Of a stretch of 64,000 nucleotides of DNA, positions 20,688 through 31,219 are shown piece after piece. Every line of letters begins with the position of its first letter. The stretch's first letter is position 1. The stretch spans positions 1 through 64,000 of the IMG/VR virus record IMGVR_UViG_3300031133_000383. One strand, given 5' to 3'. Both the position numbers and the translations under genes were made by a program. Source of the stretch: a virus. Lineage: Duplodnaviria > Heunggongvirae > Uroviricota > Caudoviricetes. The notes under the pieces are model-generated. The model saw only the letters and a program-made list of their open reading frames with translations. It was not told the DNA's origin and did not search any database.

Positions 20688-22493
20688 ATGTCAGCATTAA
20701 TCAATAATTTAGATTTATTCGATCCGCTATTAAATAAAAAAATAATTTCCAATTATGAAAATATAAAAGGTTTTATGTTTGGCTCCTTTGAAGAACATAT
20801 AATGAAATTAATTTTTAATTCTAATCAACGAGGTTATGGTTCATATAATCAATCACTGAATGAATCATTGTTGGAATTCAATAAAATATTAAATACGCCT
20901 TCTGAGCAGTTTAAAGAAATTAAATTATTATCAATTGATAGAATGAAAGATCCTGTATTAACACAGGAAAATATAATTGATATACCTTCAATGATCATAG
21001 AAGAATTATTTAGTTATGCTGAATCTCTAGGTATTGATGTATCAAATCAAAGAAAAGAAAGTATTTCAATTTTTGAAAAATTACAAAAAGAACAAGATAA
21101 AGTTGATGTCTATTTTAATCAATTAGAAAAATTAGTTTTTTTAAGTAAAAAAATTGCAGTTTGTAAACATGCTAGTAAAGATTTGACTAAACTAGAAAAC
21201 CATTTGAAGATGGGTAGAGATTTCTTAAATGATAACGAAACAATTTTGTTAACCACTGATATGTCTAGCGAGAGCAGTTACTTGTCATCAGGGTCAGACA
21301 TAGCCAAGAATTTTGGTGAGCTATTTAAAATGAAGCAACAGCTTATTCAAAAAATAAAAACTGAATGTACAGATAACATGGGTTTAACAACTGCAGATAT
21401 TTATTTGCGTTATCAAAATAATATGACACCTTTACAAAAAGCAATTTTTGAAAAAAGTACAGTAGTTCATATAGAATTAACTAAATCACAAGATGTATCA
21501 GGAGCTATTTTATTTGAAGATGGTAGCACTTTATTTAAAGAAAAAGATGGTAATTACATTATTAAAGACACACATACTGATGTTAACAGAACTGTAAAGA
21601 ATCTTTCTGAATGTTGTTTGGATTTCATGCTTAGGAAAAAACCTCAATTGGCTAAAGTTTTCAAAACAAAGTTTGAAGAAGATAGTCCTAAAATAAAAAC
21701 AATGCTTAATGTTGTGGATAGATTTCTATCATCAGAAGATATTTTAAAATCTGCATTAAAAGAAAATTATGGTACATTTCTAAAAGAGATGTTTGTCTAT
21801 CGCTCTATTGAAGCACTCGATGACTATGTGGCTAAAGTTGTGGATGATCATAAATTCAATCAGTTTGCTTACAGTATTGCGAGTTCAAAATATAAGCATT
21901 TATATGATGATAAATCTTTGACATTGTTAAAAGAAATTTATGACAATAAAATAGATGCTGTACAACTACAAGATTATATAGGTAAAAAAATAGCTGCTTT
22001 TAAAAATTCTGACGATTTCAATAATATTCTTACTCAATTTGTATCTAAAATGAATGGTTTTGATATTGATACAATTACTGATAAAGTTGAACGTTTAGGA
22101 GCCACGATAGTTTCTGCTGACGATGGTGTTTTGATCGTTGAAACAAGCGATTACAAACAAATGCAAGAGTTAGGTTCTACTAGTTGGTGTATTGTAAGAG
22201 ATGAGGGGTTTTACGAAGATTATGCGGGGGGAGGCAATAGACAATATATTGTTTTTGATTTCAATGAACTTTCATCTAATAATAATTCTATGATAGGTAT
22301 TACATTAACCGAAGATGGAAAACACAGAAATTCACATATTAAAAACGATGACAGTGTTTATGCAGAAGATGTTGAAAAATTTCACCACATTATCATCAAG
22401 CAGCAAGTTAATACATTTAAAAACTTAAATGAAAATTTAAGAAAGGAAATTTTTCCAAATGATACAAGAATTAACAAACTTAAAATGGCTTAA
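20688..22493 (+). CDS. Large protein with C-terminal SWC (PcfJ-like) domain; paralogue of 53903..55735
   Basis: ELGSTSWCIVR..NRQYIVFDFN..SMIGIT..HIKNDD; tail RINKLKMA. Confidence 0.65.
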   Translation: MSALINNLDLFDPLLNKKIISNYENIKGFMFGSFEEHIMKLIFNSNQRGYGSYNQSLNESLLEFNKILNTPSEQFKEIKLLSIDRMKDPVLTQENIIDIPSMIIEELFSYAESLGIDVSNQRKESISIFEKLQKEQDKVDVYFNQLEKLVFLSKKIAVCKHASKDLTKLENHLKMGRDFLNDNETILLTTDMSSESSYLSSGSDIAKNFGELFKMKQQLIQKIKTECTDNMGLTTADIYLRYQNNMTPLQKAIFEKSTVVHIELTKSQDVSGAILFEDGSTLFKEKDGNYIIKDTHTDVNRTVKNLSECCLDFMLRKKPQLAKVFKTKFEEDSPKIKTMLNVVDRFLSSEDILKSALKENYGTFLKEMFVYRSIEALDDYVAKVVDDHKFNQFAYSIASSKYKHLYDDKSLTLLKEIYDNKIDAVQLQDYIGKKIAAFKNSDDFNNILTQFVSKMNGFDIDTITDKVERLGATIVSADDGVLIVETSDYKQMQELGSTSWCIVRDEGFYEDYAGGGNRQYIVFDFNELSSNNNSMIGITLTEDGKHRNSHIKNDDSVYAEDVEKFHHIIIKQQVNTFKNLNENLRKEIFPNDTRINKLKMA

Positions 22494-22496
22494 ATC

Positions 22497-24188
22497 ATGA
22501 TTAGTAAATTTATAACACAAGAACTTGATAATTTAACAGTTGACATGGATACACGTTCTGCAATAGAACATATGGTTTTACAATCTTTATTTAAATATCC
22601 TTATTTTAAAGATTTACCCCAATTATTTTTATGTCAAGACATTAATGATAATTACTCATTTATCAATGGCCAATCAAGTGAAAAAGAAGACGCTCTTATT
22701 ATAGGAGGCTATATATTAACAAAAGAAGAACAACAGATTATTTCAAAATTCAAAAATGATCTAGTGGCATCTTCCACTATTACTGATTTGATGGATTCGA
22801 TTGATGAGAAAACTGTTCATGTATTAAATCGAATGTTTGGCAATAACTCTAGCAGTGATAGTGTAGCATCCAAAATTGTATCCATGGTTTATTTGAAAAA
22901 TGAAGTAGAAAAAAATAAAAATTATACATTTTCATATAAAACTTATTTTGCTGATTTTCCTATTAATTTTGGTATTAATAAAGCTATTGACGTTCAAAAA
23001 TATCCCCCAATCATCATAAAACACCTTTTTCAAAGTGAACAGCCTTTAACCCAATTTGATATTGATTCAACGACTTTGAAACAATTGGCCGGTAAAGAAA
23101 ATACTTTTTTGAAAAATATTATAATGAAACATCATAGTGGTGAAGGAGAAGGGGAGATTTTCACTGATCTCAGTCATGTTTTTAAAACACCTCAAATTAG
23201 AAATAATTCTACCATTGGTATTTTATTTGATCCAGATTTAACGGGTTATGAAAAAACATTTAAAATATATAATAATCTTTATTTCAAAGCAGACAAACAA
23301 TCGTTGTTAAATGCTTTGGAATACAAACTGTCATATCCATCACTTGAAGAAGTTCGTAAACCTTATGAATCCATAGTTGAACAGTTATTGAATAATATAG
23401 AGAAAAATTATCCTATCATCAATACGTTACGCCATGATAACTCTTTTACCGTAAAAGATATGGTATCGTATGATCAATCTCACGCTTATTCACAAATTTT
23501 TAAAAATCATGTCAATGAGTATAAAATATATGAAAAAAACCAAGACTTGTTAAATGGTCGAATGAATGGGTTATTTAATAAGATCTTTAATACAAATAGT
23601 TATAGTACATTAACATCATTTAATGAAGATAAAATTAATATACCTTCAAAAGAGATGGTTCAATACCATAATGGAATTGAAGTAAAACTATTAATTAATC
23701 AATCAAAAACCGAATATAAGGTTGATGGTACATTTAAAAATAATATTCCCAATATTGTAGTTATTGATACTATTGTGCAGGGGACTAATGACGCTGATAT
23801 CAATTCCAATTTATTCAGACAGTATCTTGATAGTTTGGGAAAAGATAATAAAATTGCTATTCTGAATATTGATTCAAACAAAGTGACTTGGGATATAACA
23901 AATATGTTAACCAGTTTAGGAGAGCATCCAAATCTGAAAACCACTGGATTCAATCATTTCGAAAAGGCAGTCAACGTTCTATCGGAAACATTACAAAAAA
24001 CGGATAAAATTTTCAATAGCAAGGAATCGACTGACATCTTTTTATTATCGCTTGAAAAATTTCATGAAATAAAAGAAAAGAATATTTATTATGCAGATGA
24101 TATCGCCGCGTTCTTTCAAGAAAAGTCTTTTGAAATAATTGATAGTTATTCTCCATTGATTAAGCAAAATCAAAAAAACCTTATTTAA
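22497..24188 (+). CDS. Large hypothetical protein, probable paralogue of 55735..57360, possible degenerate GNAT C-terminus
   Basis: Starts 3 nt after its upstream partner; patchy similarity to 55735..57360. Confidence 0.55.
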   Translation: MISKFITQELDNLTVDMDTRSAIEHMVLQSLFKYPYFKDLPQLFLCQDINDNYSFINGQSSEKEDALIIGGYILTKEEQQIISKFKNDLVASSTITDLMDSIDEKTVHVLNRMFGNNSSSDSVASKIVSMVYLKNEVEKNKNYTFSYKTYFADFPINFGINKAIDVQKYPPIIIKHLFQSEQPLTQFDIDSTTLKQLAGKENTFLKNIIMKHHSGEGEGEIFTDLSHVFKTPQIRNNSTIGILFDPDLTGYEKTFKIYNNLYFKADKQSLLNALEYKLSYPSLEEVRKPYESIVEQLLNNIEKNYPIINTLRHDNSFTVKDMVSYDQSHAYSQIFKNHVNEYKIYEKNQDLLNGRMNGLFNKIFNTNSYSTLTSFNEDKINIPSKEMVQYHNGIEVKLLINQSKTEYKVDGTFKNNIPNIVVIDTIVQGTNDADINSNLFRQYLDSLGKDNKIAILNIDSNKVTWDITNMLTSLGEHPNLKTTGFNHFEKAVNVLSETLQKTDKIFNSKESTDIFLLSLEKFHEIKEKNIYYADDIAAFFQEKSFEIIDSYSPLIKQNQKNLI

Positions 24189-24304
24189 TAAAAACGATAC
24201 TGCTATGAATAAGAGCTTTAATGCTCTTTTTTTATATGGGACTTTCATTGAAAGATCATAAAATAATGTTAAATTATAAATATAAAACAATAGGAGATTG
24301 TTGT

Positions 24305-26173
24305 ATGCAAGGTCATACTGCCTCACTTTTAAAAAGTCGTAAATTTTTACCCTTATTTTTGACACAATTTTTTGGTGCTTTCAATGATAATATTTTTAAA
24401 AACGCTTTAATCATGATGATCGTTTTTAAACTGGCCACCGATACCAACTTGTATGTAAACTTAGCAGCGGCTTTATTTATTCTTCCGTTCTTTTTGTTTT
24501 CTGCCGTTGCTGGTCAAATTGCTGATCGTTTCGAGAAATCATTTGTTATAAAAATAAGTAAGTTGGCTGAAATATTTATTATGGTGGCGGCAACTGTATG
24601 CTTTTATATCAATAGCATTAATGGTCTTATTGCTATTTTATTTTTAATGGGAACTCAATCAGCTTTTTTTGGACCTTTGAAATATAGTATTTTACCACAA
24701 CATCTCCAAGAAAAAGAAATAATGGCCGCAAACGGTTTTATAGAAATGGGAACATTTCTGGCTATTTTGTTGGGCACTATGTTAGGCGTCACATTGATTG
24801 CTCAACAACAGGGTGAAGCCTTAATATCAGTGGTTATTTTAGCAATTTCATTAATGGGTTTTGTAACCAGTTTGTTTATTCCAAAAGCAGACTCCTTAAA
24901 TAAATCCATTAAAATAAATTTTAATATTTTCACAGCAACAAGTGATGTATTCAAAGTTGTTAAAGAACAAAAGAACTCTGTTGTTATGTCAATCTTTGCC
25001 GTATCATGGTTCTGGTTTCTTGGAGCCGTTTACTTAACTCAATTACCACAATTTGTAAAAAGTGAATTGGGTTACAGTGAATCTGTTGTGACCCTATTTT
25101 TAGTAGTTTTTTCTCTTGGTATTGGTTTGGGTTCCATGTTATGTGAACGTATCTCCAAAGACTATATTGAAGTTGGATTGGTCGCATTTGGTTCATTTGG
25201 CATCACATTGTTTGGCGTATTATTATTTGTTGAAGTACACACTTTTGATTCTTTATCACTGGTGGTCAATCATCAGCTTTTGTCACTTGAGCAATTTAAA
25301 CAAGACCCACGAAGTGTTTATCTTTGTTGTTATCTTTTCTTCATTGGACTATTTGGTGGTTTTTATACAGTGCCTTTATATGCCATGATTCAAACTAGAA
25401 CCATTAAAGAACATATGTCACGTATTATTGCAGCCAATAATATATTGAATTCAATTTTTATGGTAGCTTCATCTATTATTGCTATCATACTATTGAAATT
25501 TCTGAGTATCAGTCAGTTATTCTTAGTTTTGTCTTTGTTCAATTGGGTAGTGGCTTATTATATATATAAAAAGATTCCTGAATTCTATATTCGTTTTATA
25601 ACGTGGTTTGTATTAACTTTTATGTATAGAATTAAAACCAACAATTTAGCAAATGTTCCCAGTGAAGGAGCCGCTGTAATTGTAGCTAATCATGTAAGTT
25701 TTGTAGACGCCTTGTTATTAACCAGTGAAATAAAAAGACCACTTCGTTTTATCATGTATTACAAAATATTCAATATCCCCATTTTAAACTGGTTGTTTAG
25801 ACAAATGGGTGCAATTCCAATTGCTGGTGTCAAAGAAGATCCAGCCGTTTTGGCAGAATGTTACGTCAAGATCAAAAAAGCCTTGGATAATGGTGAACTT
25901 GTTTGTATATTTCCAGAAGGTTTCATTACTCGTGATGGTGAAATAAAGCCATTTAAAAGTGGGGTAGAAAAAATTATAGAAACAACACCTGTTCCTGTTA
26001 TTCCAGTTGCTTTAAAAGGTATATATGGCAGTATGTTTAGCAGAAAGCACAAGATAAGATTACCTCGCAAATTTCTTGGTAGAATTACAGTTGAAATAGG
26101 AACTCCAATCCCTGCACAAGAATCCACCAAAAAAGTTCTTTACGAAAAAGTTAAAGAGTTAATAGAAAAGTAA
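24305..26173 (+). CDS. MFS transporter (LplT-like) fused to PlsC-type acyltransferase
   Basis: FLTQFFGAFNDN, GQIADRFEK, NHVSFVD, IFPEG motifs; ATG at 24305 after AGGAG. Confidence 0.9.
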   Translation: MQGHTASLLKSRKFLPLFLTQFFGAFNDNIFKNALIMMIVFKLATDTNLYVNLAAALFILPFFLFSAVAGQIADRFEKSFVIKISKLAEIFIMVAATVCFYINSINGLIAILFLMGTQSAFFGPLKYSILPQHLQEKEIMAANGFIEMGTFLAILLGTMLGVTLIAQQQGEALISVVILAISLMGFVTSLFIPKADSLNKSIKINFNIFTATSDVFKVVKEQKNSVVMSIFAVSWFWFLGAVYLTQLPQFVKSELGYSESVVTLFLVVFSLGIGLGSMLCERISKDYIEVGLVAFGSFGITLFGVLLFVEVHTFDSLSLVVNHQLLSLEQFKQDPRSVYLCCYLFFIGLFGGFYTVPLYAMIQTRTIKEHMSRIIAANNILNSIFMVASSIIAIILLKFLSISQLFLVLSLFNWVVAYYIYKKIPEFYIRFITWFVLTFMYRIKTNNLANVPSEGAAVIVANHVSFVDALLLTSEIKRPLRFIMYYKIFNIPILNWLFRQMGAIPIAGVKEDPAVLAECYVKIKKALDNGELVCIFPEGFITRDGEIKPFKSGVEKIIETTPVPVIPVALKGIYGSMFSRKHKIRLPRKFLGRITVEIGTPIPAQESTKKVLYEKVKELIEK

Positions 26174-26176
26174 ACT

Positions 26177-26199
26177 AAAGAACCTACGGGTTCTTTTTT
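26177..26199 (+). terminator. Intrinsic terminator
   Basis: AAAGAACC-tacg-GGTTCTTT followed by Ts. Confidence 0.8.
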
Positions 26200-26259
26200 G
26201 CTGTTTAAATATCCAATATTTATGATATAATAAGATTAAGACTAAAAAATGGAGACAAA

Positions 26260-27462
26260 ATGAATTATATTAGCAATAAAGAACTAGATAAATTACTTTT
26301 GGAAAATGAAGCCCAACATCTTCATTTCGAAAAAATGTCAATAGTTTATAATTATGCATTGGAAGATAACAAAGGAAATCATATTAACCAATCAAAGGTA
26401 CAAGACGCTTATAAATTTAAAATAGATGGCAAAGATATGGTCGTAAGTATTGATAGATACAAGGATTATGCCCCAATGAATATGTTGATATCTATTAATG
26501 CTCCAGAAATTCTTGAAATAAAAAAATCAGAAGCTCAAATTTATTCTGTCAATAAAGAATATGATCGTGTTTCTGAAATTATTCAAAAATCATTAGGCGG
26601 ATGGATTAACGGTAGAGAAACAGCAAAAGCTTTCAATCAAAATGAAGAGTTGAATACAGAATTTGCAAAACGTCTAGAAGATCTCCGCACTGAACATATG
26701 GCGGTATTTAAACACATTTTTGTTGAAAATATTAGTGAAATCATTCAATCTAAAAAGCTCACAACAGAGACTCATGATGTGCTTGACAAATTAAGAGATA
26801 ACTTTGAAAAAGCAGTCAAAGAAATTCGTCAACCATTAGATGAAATATATTCCAGTAAAGTAGCTTCTGAACGTAAAAATGCTTTGGAATCGTATAGAGT
26901 CAGACAGGAACAACAAGATCTTGATAATAAAATAACAAGTGATTTAAAGAAACTGGTAGCGTTTAATGAAGTTAAAGACAGTTCATTAGAAAAATTTGGT
27001 TACTATGCGAAAATTGAAGTAGCTGAATCAAATATCACTGTCAAATTTTTGGACAAAGATAATAAATCATTGGATATTCTAGTATTGCCTTTAATATCAA
27101 AAGAAATTGATTTTTACAGTAAAGAGACAGGTGAGGCAGAATATCTTCGTATCAGAATTATTGAGGATCAGGCATTTAAAGAAATCGATAAAATAATTCA
27201 TAAAAAATACTACCATGCTTTGTATGATTTAAAATCCAGTATCATTCTCAATGATAAGCATGATATTGCTCATTTTGATTATATAGTCAACAACAACTTT
27301 GATGATATACCACAAAATAAGGATGAAATTATTTTTGCTAATGATTCAAATGCGTTGGCCAAAATTATGAAGGTAAACAATTCTAATGAAGTCAGATTGA
27401 ATCTGGTCAATAGTGAAAAAGAAAAAGACTTTCCGACCCGCAGTACAAAACTAAAAATTTAA
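26260..27462 (+). CDS. Hypothetical protein with basic C-terminal tail
   Basis: 400-aa ORF, GGAG SD, extended -10; ends PTRSTKLKI. Confidence 0.7.
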   Translation: MNYISNKELDKLLLENEAQHLHFEKMSIVYNYALEDNKGNHINQSKVQDAYKFKIDGKDMVVSIDRYKDYAPMNMLISINAPEILEIKKSEAQIYSVNKEYDRVSEIIQKSLGGWINGRETAKAFNQNEELNTEFAKRLEDLRTEHMAVFKHIFVENISEIIQSKKLTTETHDVLDKLRDNFEKAVKEIRQPLDEIYSSKVASERKNALESYRVRQEQQDLDNKITSDLKKLVAFNEVKDSSLEKFGYYAKIEVAESNITVKFLDKDNKSLDILVLPLISKEIDFYSKETGEAEYLRIRIIEDQAFKEIDKIIHKKYYHALYDLKSSIILNDKHDIAHFDYIVNNNFDDIPQNKDEIIFANDSNALAKIMKVNNSNEVRLNLVNSEKEKDFPTRSTKLKI

Positions 27463-27467
27463 AATAT

Positions 27468-27497
27468 AAAAACCTCCTGACGGAGGTTTCTTTTTTT
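27468..27497. terminator. Intrinsic terminator (probably bidirectional)
   Basis: AAACCTCC-tgac-GGAGGTTT followed by a T-run. Confidence 0.8.
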
Positions 27498-27599
27498 AAG
27501 TCAAATTGACATAGATAAACTCTTCATTTGATGAGTAGTATGGATAAAAGCACTAAAATGCTTTTAAATTATTGGGTAGTTCAATAAACCGATACTGCC

Positions 27600-27893
27600 T
27601 TATGCCTGAGCAATACTTTTAACACGAGATATTTCATCAATAAAAGACTTAGCTAAAGCACAGTTTTTAGTTATCACGACTTGATAACGCTCAATATCGA
27701 CATTATTATCTTCCAATTCTTTAAAGCCTTCAAGCATCTTTGAATAACTTTTTCCAACATTGATTGCTTTATCAAGAAATTGGAATAAATCGGCATTACG
27801 CACATCAGTTCTACAATTTCTTAAATAAATTATAGCTTTATTTAGCTCAGTATTTAAAATTTCAAACTCTCTAACATTTAAATTAACATTCAT
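27600..27893 (-). CDS. Small hypothetical protein
   Basis: ORF with AGGTG SD before the ATG at 27893. Confidence 0.6.
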   Translation of the reverse strand: MNVNLNVREFEILNTELNKAIIYLRNCRTDVRNADLFQFLDKAINVGKSYSKMLEGFKELEDNNVDIERYQVVITKNCALAKSFIDEISRVKSIAQA

Positions 27894-28401
27894 AATTATC
27901 ACCTAAAATATATTATTCACTAACTATTTCAGTATACCCCATCTTAAACAAATTTCAACTTTTTGTATTATTATAGTATTTTAAATATTAAAAATAAAAC
28001 CTTATTGTTAAGGGATTTTTTAATAGTATTATTTAATAATAGCATAAATTTATTCCTATTTTGATATACATCTTGCTATAAAAAGCTTATTCTTTTGGAT
28101 AAGTAGAATTATTTAGATTTGTTAGAAAAAATACTCATTAAAAACACATTTTTTAGAAAAAATGTTTCTCAAAATTAGAGTGCTTATGCTATTTATTATA
28201 ACGTTGATGCATCCGGTAAGAATTGAGAACTCAAAATAATCATTGGAGAAATAGATGTATTATTTTTTAAAAAATTTTTAATAATTTATAATCCATTTAC
28301 TATCAAGAATATGAAAAAGATTTTAAATATTATTTAATTATTTATAAAACGAAAAAAGTCTAGATACAAAAAAAACCATCTCTGGTTTTTTTTAATTTAT
28401 A

Positions 28402-28623
28402 TTAATTGAATTTATTTTTATTTTTGTCGGTAGCTTTATTTTTCAATTTATCAGTAGGTTCGTCCAGAAATCTTGTCTTTATTAGTTCATCGATACTAAA
28501 AGAAACTTCATTGGCCTGAATAGATTTTAAATCCTTCAAGATATCAGGAACGTTTAATTCTGTAAATTCAACAAGATTAGTCAAGATGTTTTTTGCTTCT
28601 GTGTTTAATAGTGTATTTGTCAT
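28402..28623 (-). CDS. Small hypothetical protein with basic tail
   Basis: AAGGA SD, extended -10, downstream terminator; ends DKNKNKFN. Confidence 0.55.
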   Translation of the reverse strand: MTNTLLNTEAKNILTNLVEFTELNVPDILKDLKSIQANEVSFSIDELIKTRFLDEPTDKLKNKATDKNKNKFN

Positions 28624-28905
28624 GATCTTATAATCCTTGATTATTATTGTATATTTTCTCATTCTAACATTGAAAATTATAATTAAAAGAGGAAAATATT
28701 AAAAAAAATGAAAAAAAAACTAAATATATCAAACGTTTATCAACATTAGAGAGGACTGCTGTATAATTGTACAGTAAACTTCTGAAAAATAATCTTCTGA
28801 CGAATAAAGAAATAAATCAATTACTTATAGGGTTTATTGAAAAAATTATTTGAAAATATTAAAGTAATATGATATAATTAGTCAGTTTTCAGGAGAAAAA
28901 ATATT

Positions 28906-29775
28906 ATGATTCGTCTCGCTAGCGATTTACATTTGGAATTTCATCTAGAGCAGTTCATTGCTGATAACGCTGACTATTCAAAAAAAATGGCGTCTACTAT
29001 CATTCCAAACTTGCCTACTGATAAAGAAACTGTTTTGGTCTTGGCCGGTGACATAATTTTGATCAAAAATCTTGAAGTATATTTCAATTTCTTTGAAATC
29101 CTATCAGAGCAGTTTAAGGAAGTCTTATGGATTTTTGGTAATCATGAATGGTTTAAAAATAAGATGAAGCCAGAAAGATTAATTGAAATAAAACAGAAGA
29201 TGGCAGTTTTTAAAAATGTTCATGTACTTGAAAATGAGATTTTTGAGACCGAAAAATATCACTTTATTGCAACTACATTGTGGAGTGATATTAAGAAGGG
29301 TGATTATATGACTGCCTTAGATGTTGTTTCTGTTTCTTATGATTTTAAGAAGATTGATTTTAAAGAAGGCCATCGTTATTCTAAATTACGTCCGCGTCAT
29401 GTTACCAAAATGTTTATGGATAATGAGCGGTTTATTCGTGATGAATTATTAAAGATTAAAGATAGTCAAAAAATCAAGGTTGTTGTTACTCATCATCCAC
29501 CTACAATTAAAGCTCTTACTGATAGAATGTTAGCAACACCTGATTATTGGTCTGACTTTGGGAATGTTGATTTTGGATATTTGAAACAAGCCGGAATAGA
29601 ACCTGATTTTTGGTTGCATGGCCATGTTCATGAAAGTCAACATATTCCAGAAGGTAAAACAATGATAATTAGTAATGCAAGAGGATATGATGAATTAACG
29701 GCATCTGGAAAACCTATGATAAATTCAAATTATACTGCTACATTCATTATTAACCCAGATAATGAGAATAAATAA
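28906..29775 (+). CDS. Calcineurin-like metallophosphoesterase
   Basis: SDLHLE, LAGD, FGNHE, THHPP, LHGHVH. Confidence 0.9.
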   Translation: MIRLASDLHLEFHLEQFIADNADYSKKMASTIIPNLPTDKETVLVLAGDIILIKNLEVYFNFFEILSEQFKEVLWIFGNHEWFKNKMKPERLIEIKQKMAVFKNVHVLENEIFETEKYHFIATTLWSDIKKGDYMTALDVVSVSYDFKKIDFKEGHRYSKLRPRHVTKMFMDNERFIRDELLKIKDSQKIKVVVTHHPPTIKALTDRMLATPDYWSDFGNVDFGYLKQAGIEPDFWLHGHVHESQHIPEGKTMIISNARGYDELTASGKPMINSNYTATFIINPDNENK

Positions 29776-30238
29776 AAACGATATAGCTGTTTCCTGTTGA
29801 TTGCTCAATAAAACAGCTATAGTTTTTTTTGTTATCTTCCGCATAACTTTCGACAGTTTTATTTTTCATAACATCATTAATGGAAATTTCTTTATTTTTA
29901 TTAGCTATTTTTTCATATTCTACACAATCTTTTTGACTTATATTGCTGTTGTATAAGTATCTTTCACCTTGTGATGTTTTGGCATATACATAATCAACAC
30001 CATTAATTTTAGGAGTTGTTTTATTGAAGATTCTTATATCATCAATTGAAGATATGTTAAAACCAAGACTATCAGCAGAAGAAATAATTGCACCAAAATC
30101 AATATATTGTTGCCCAATATTCATTGCAAGCTGTGTATTGGCTATTCCCTTAAACGGCTTATCAATGTACATGATAGTTATTATTAAGAACGCACTGCTC
30201 AGTGCTATGGCTATGATTGAAACAAGTAATGAGAACAT
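29750..30238 (-). CDS. Pilin-like protein with N-terminal hydrophobic helix
   Basis: MFSLLVSIIAIAL..Y N-terminus; C-terminal Cys pair. Confidence 0.5.
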   Translation of the reverse strand: MFSLLVSIIAIALSSAFLIITIMYIDKPFKGIANTQLAMNIGQQYIDFGAIISSADSLGFNISSIDDIRIFNKTTPKINGVDYVYAKTSQGERYLYNSNISQKDCVEYEKIANKNKEISINDVMKNKTVESYAEDNKKNYSCFIEQSTGNSYIVFIYSHYLG

Positions 30239-30313
30239 GCTGTTTTTTATTATTATTATTTATATTTTATTGGCCAATGAACTAAAAGTCAAATAAAAAA
30301 CCTCGTTAGAGGT

Positions 30314-30733
30314 TTATTGTGCATCGCTTAAAATATGACAAAGATCAATAAGTTCTTCCAGAAACTCATTGACTTCCAAACGTTCATCTATGTTTTCAAA
30401 TAATACTTCAATAATAGAGACCAGAAATGGATCTTCAATGTAATAAGAATTAACTTCGTCAAACCTTTTTAATTTAAAAATAGGTGAAACATCTCGATGC
30501 GTTACTTCTGATAAGGGTTCCAGTAACTCTAAAATATCATGAAGTGATTCAGGTTGGTGGTTATCCTGCTCTAGGATAAGTTCTAATGCACTGGCATTGT
30601 CTGACCATTGATCCGCTGCGTCTTCCACACTCATCATACGATTGTATTCGTAAAAACCATTCTTGATAATTTGTGATTGAGAGCTTTTTACAGACTCAAA
30701 TTCAAAATCATTAATTTCTCGTGAGACAGACAT
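30314..30733 (-). CDS. Highly acidic hypothetical protein
   Basis: AGGAGG SD; about 32 D/E vs 9 K/R in 139 aa (hand count). Confidence 0.7.
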   Translation of the reverse strand: MSVSREINDFEFESVKSSQSQIIKNGFYEYNRMMSVEDAADQWSDNASALELILEQDNHQPESLHDILELLEPLSEVTHRDVSPIFKLKRFDEVNSYYIEDPFLVSIIEVLFENIDERLEVNEFLEELIDLCHILSDAQ

Positions 30734-30847
30734 ACTTCCTCCTATTTAATTAAGCTCATTATTATCTTGTTGATTTTGTTTGTCAATAAGATATTGCAAA
30801 ATTTTTTAGAAGATGTTATCATTGCCCTAAAATAAAGGTGTAAAGAC

Positions 30848-31219
30848 ATGATTAAATCAGATACATACTTCTCTAATAATTTAAAAATGACTGCTTCATT
30901 GGGTGGTGGATTCTCTTATTCTGATAGGCCGCTTATTAAAGAAATGACACTTCAAGATGTAAAGGTCCAAAATGTTCAGTTATCAGTTAACCTTATAAAA
31001 GATGAAGATGCTCTCAGCCATAATAATTCTTTATTGTCAGCTTCCTTTAACCTTGAAAAAGTAATTTCTAGCTATGTAGATAAGGCTATTGATGATCCTG
31101 AACCTGATCTTATTAATGTACTATATACACGTCAAAGTTTAATAAAGCTGAAAACACACATAACGAAACAACTGGCTAAATTGGAAGCCTATGAAGATGC
31201 ATTGAGAGCTACTTTATGA
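30848..31219 (+). CDS. Hypothetical protein
   Basis: 123-aa ORF, AAGGTG SD, ATGA overlap with the next gene. Confidence 0.6.
   Translation: MIKSDTYFSNNLKMTASLGGGFSYSDRPLIKEMTLQDVKVQNVQLSVNLIKDEDALSHNNSLLSASFNLEKVISSYVDKAIDDPEPDLINVLYTRQSLIKLKTHITKQLAKLEAYEDALRATL

Noticed and set aside
27903-28400. 500-bp AT-rich gap as a replication origin
   Set aside because: No iterons, clear DnaA-box cluster or adjacent rep gene recognised.
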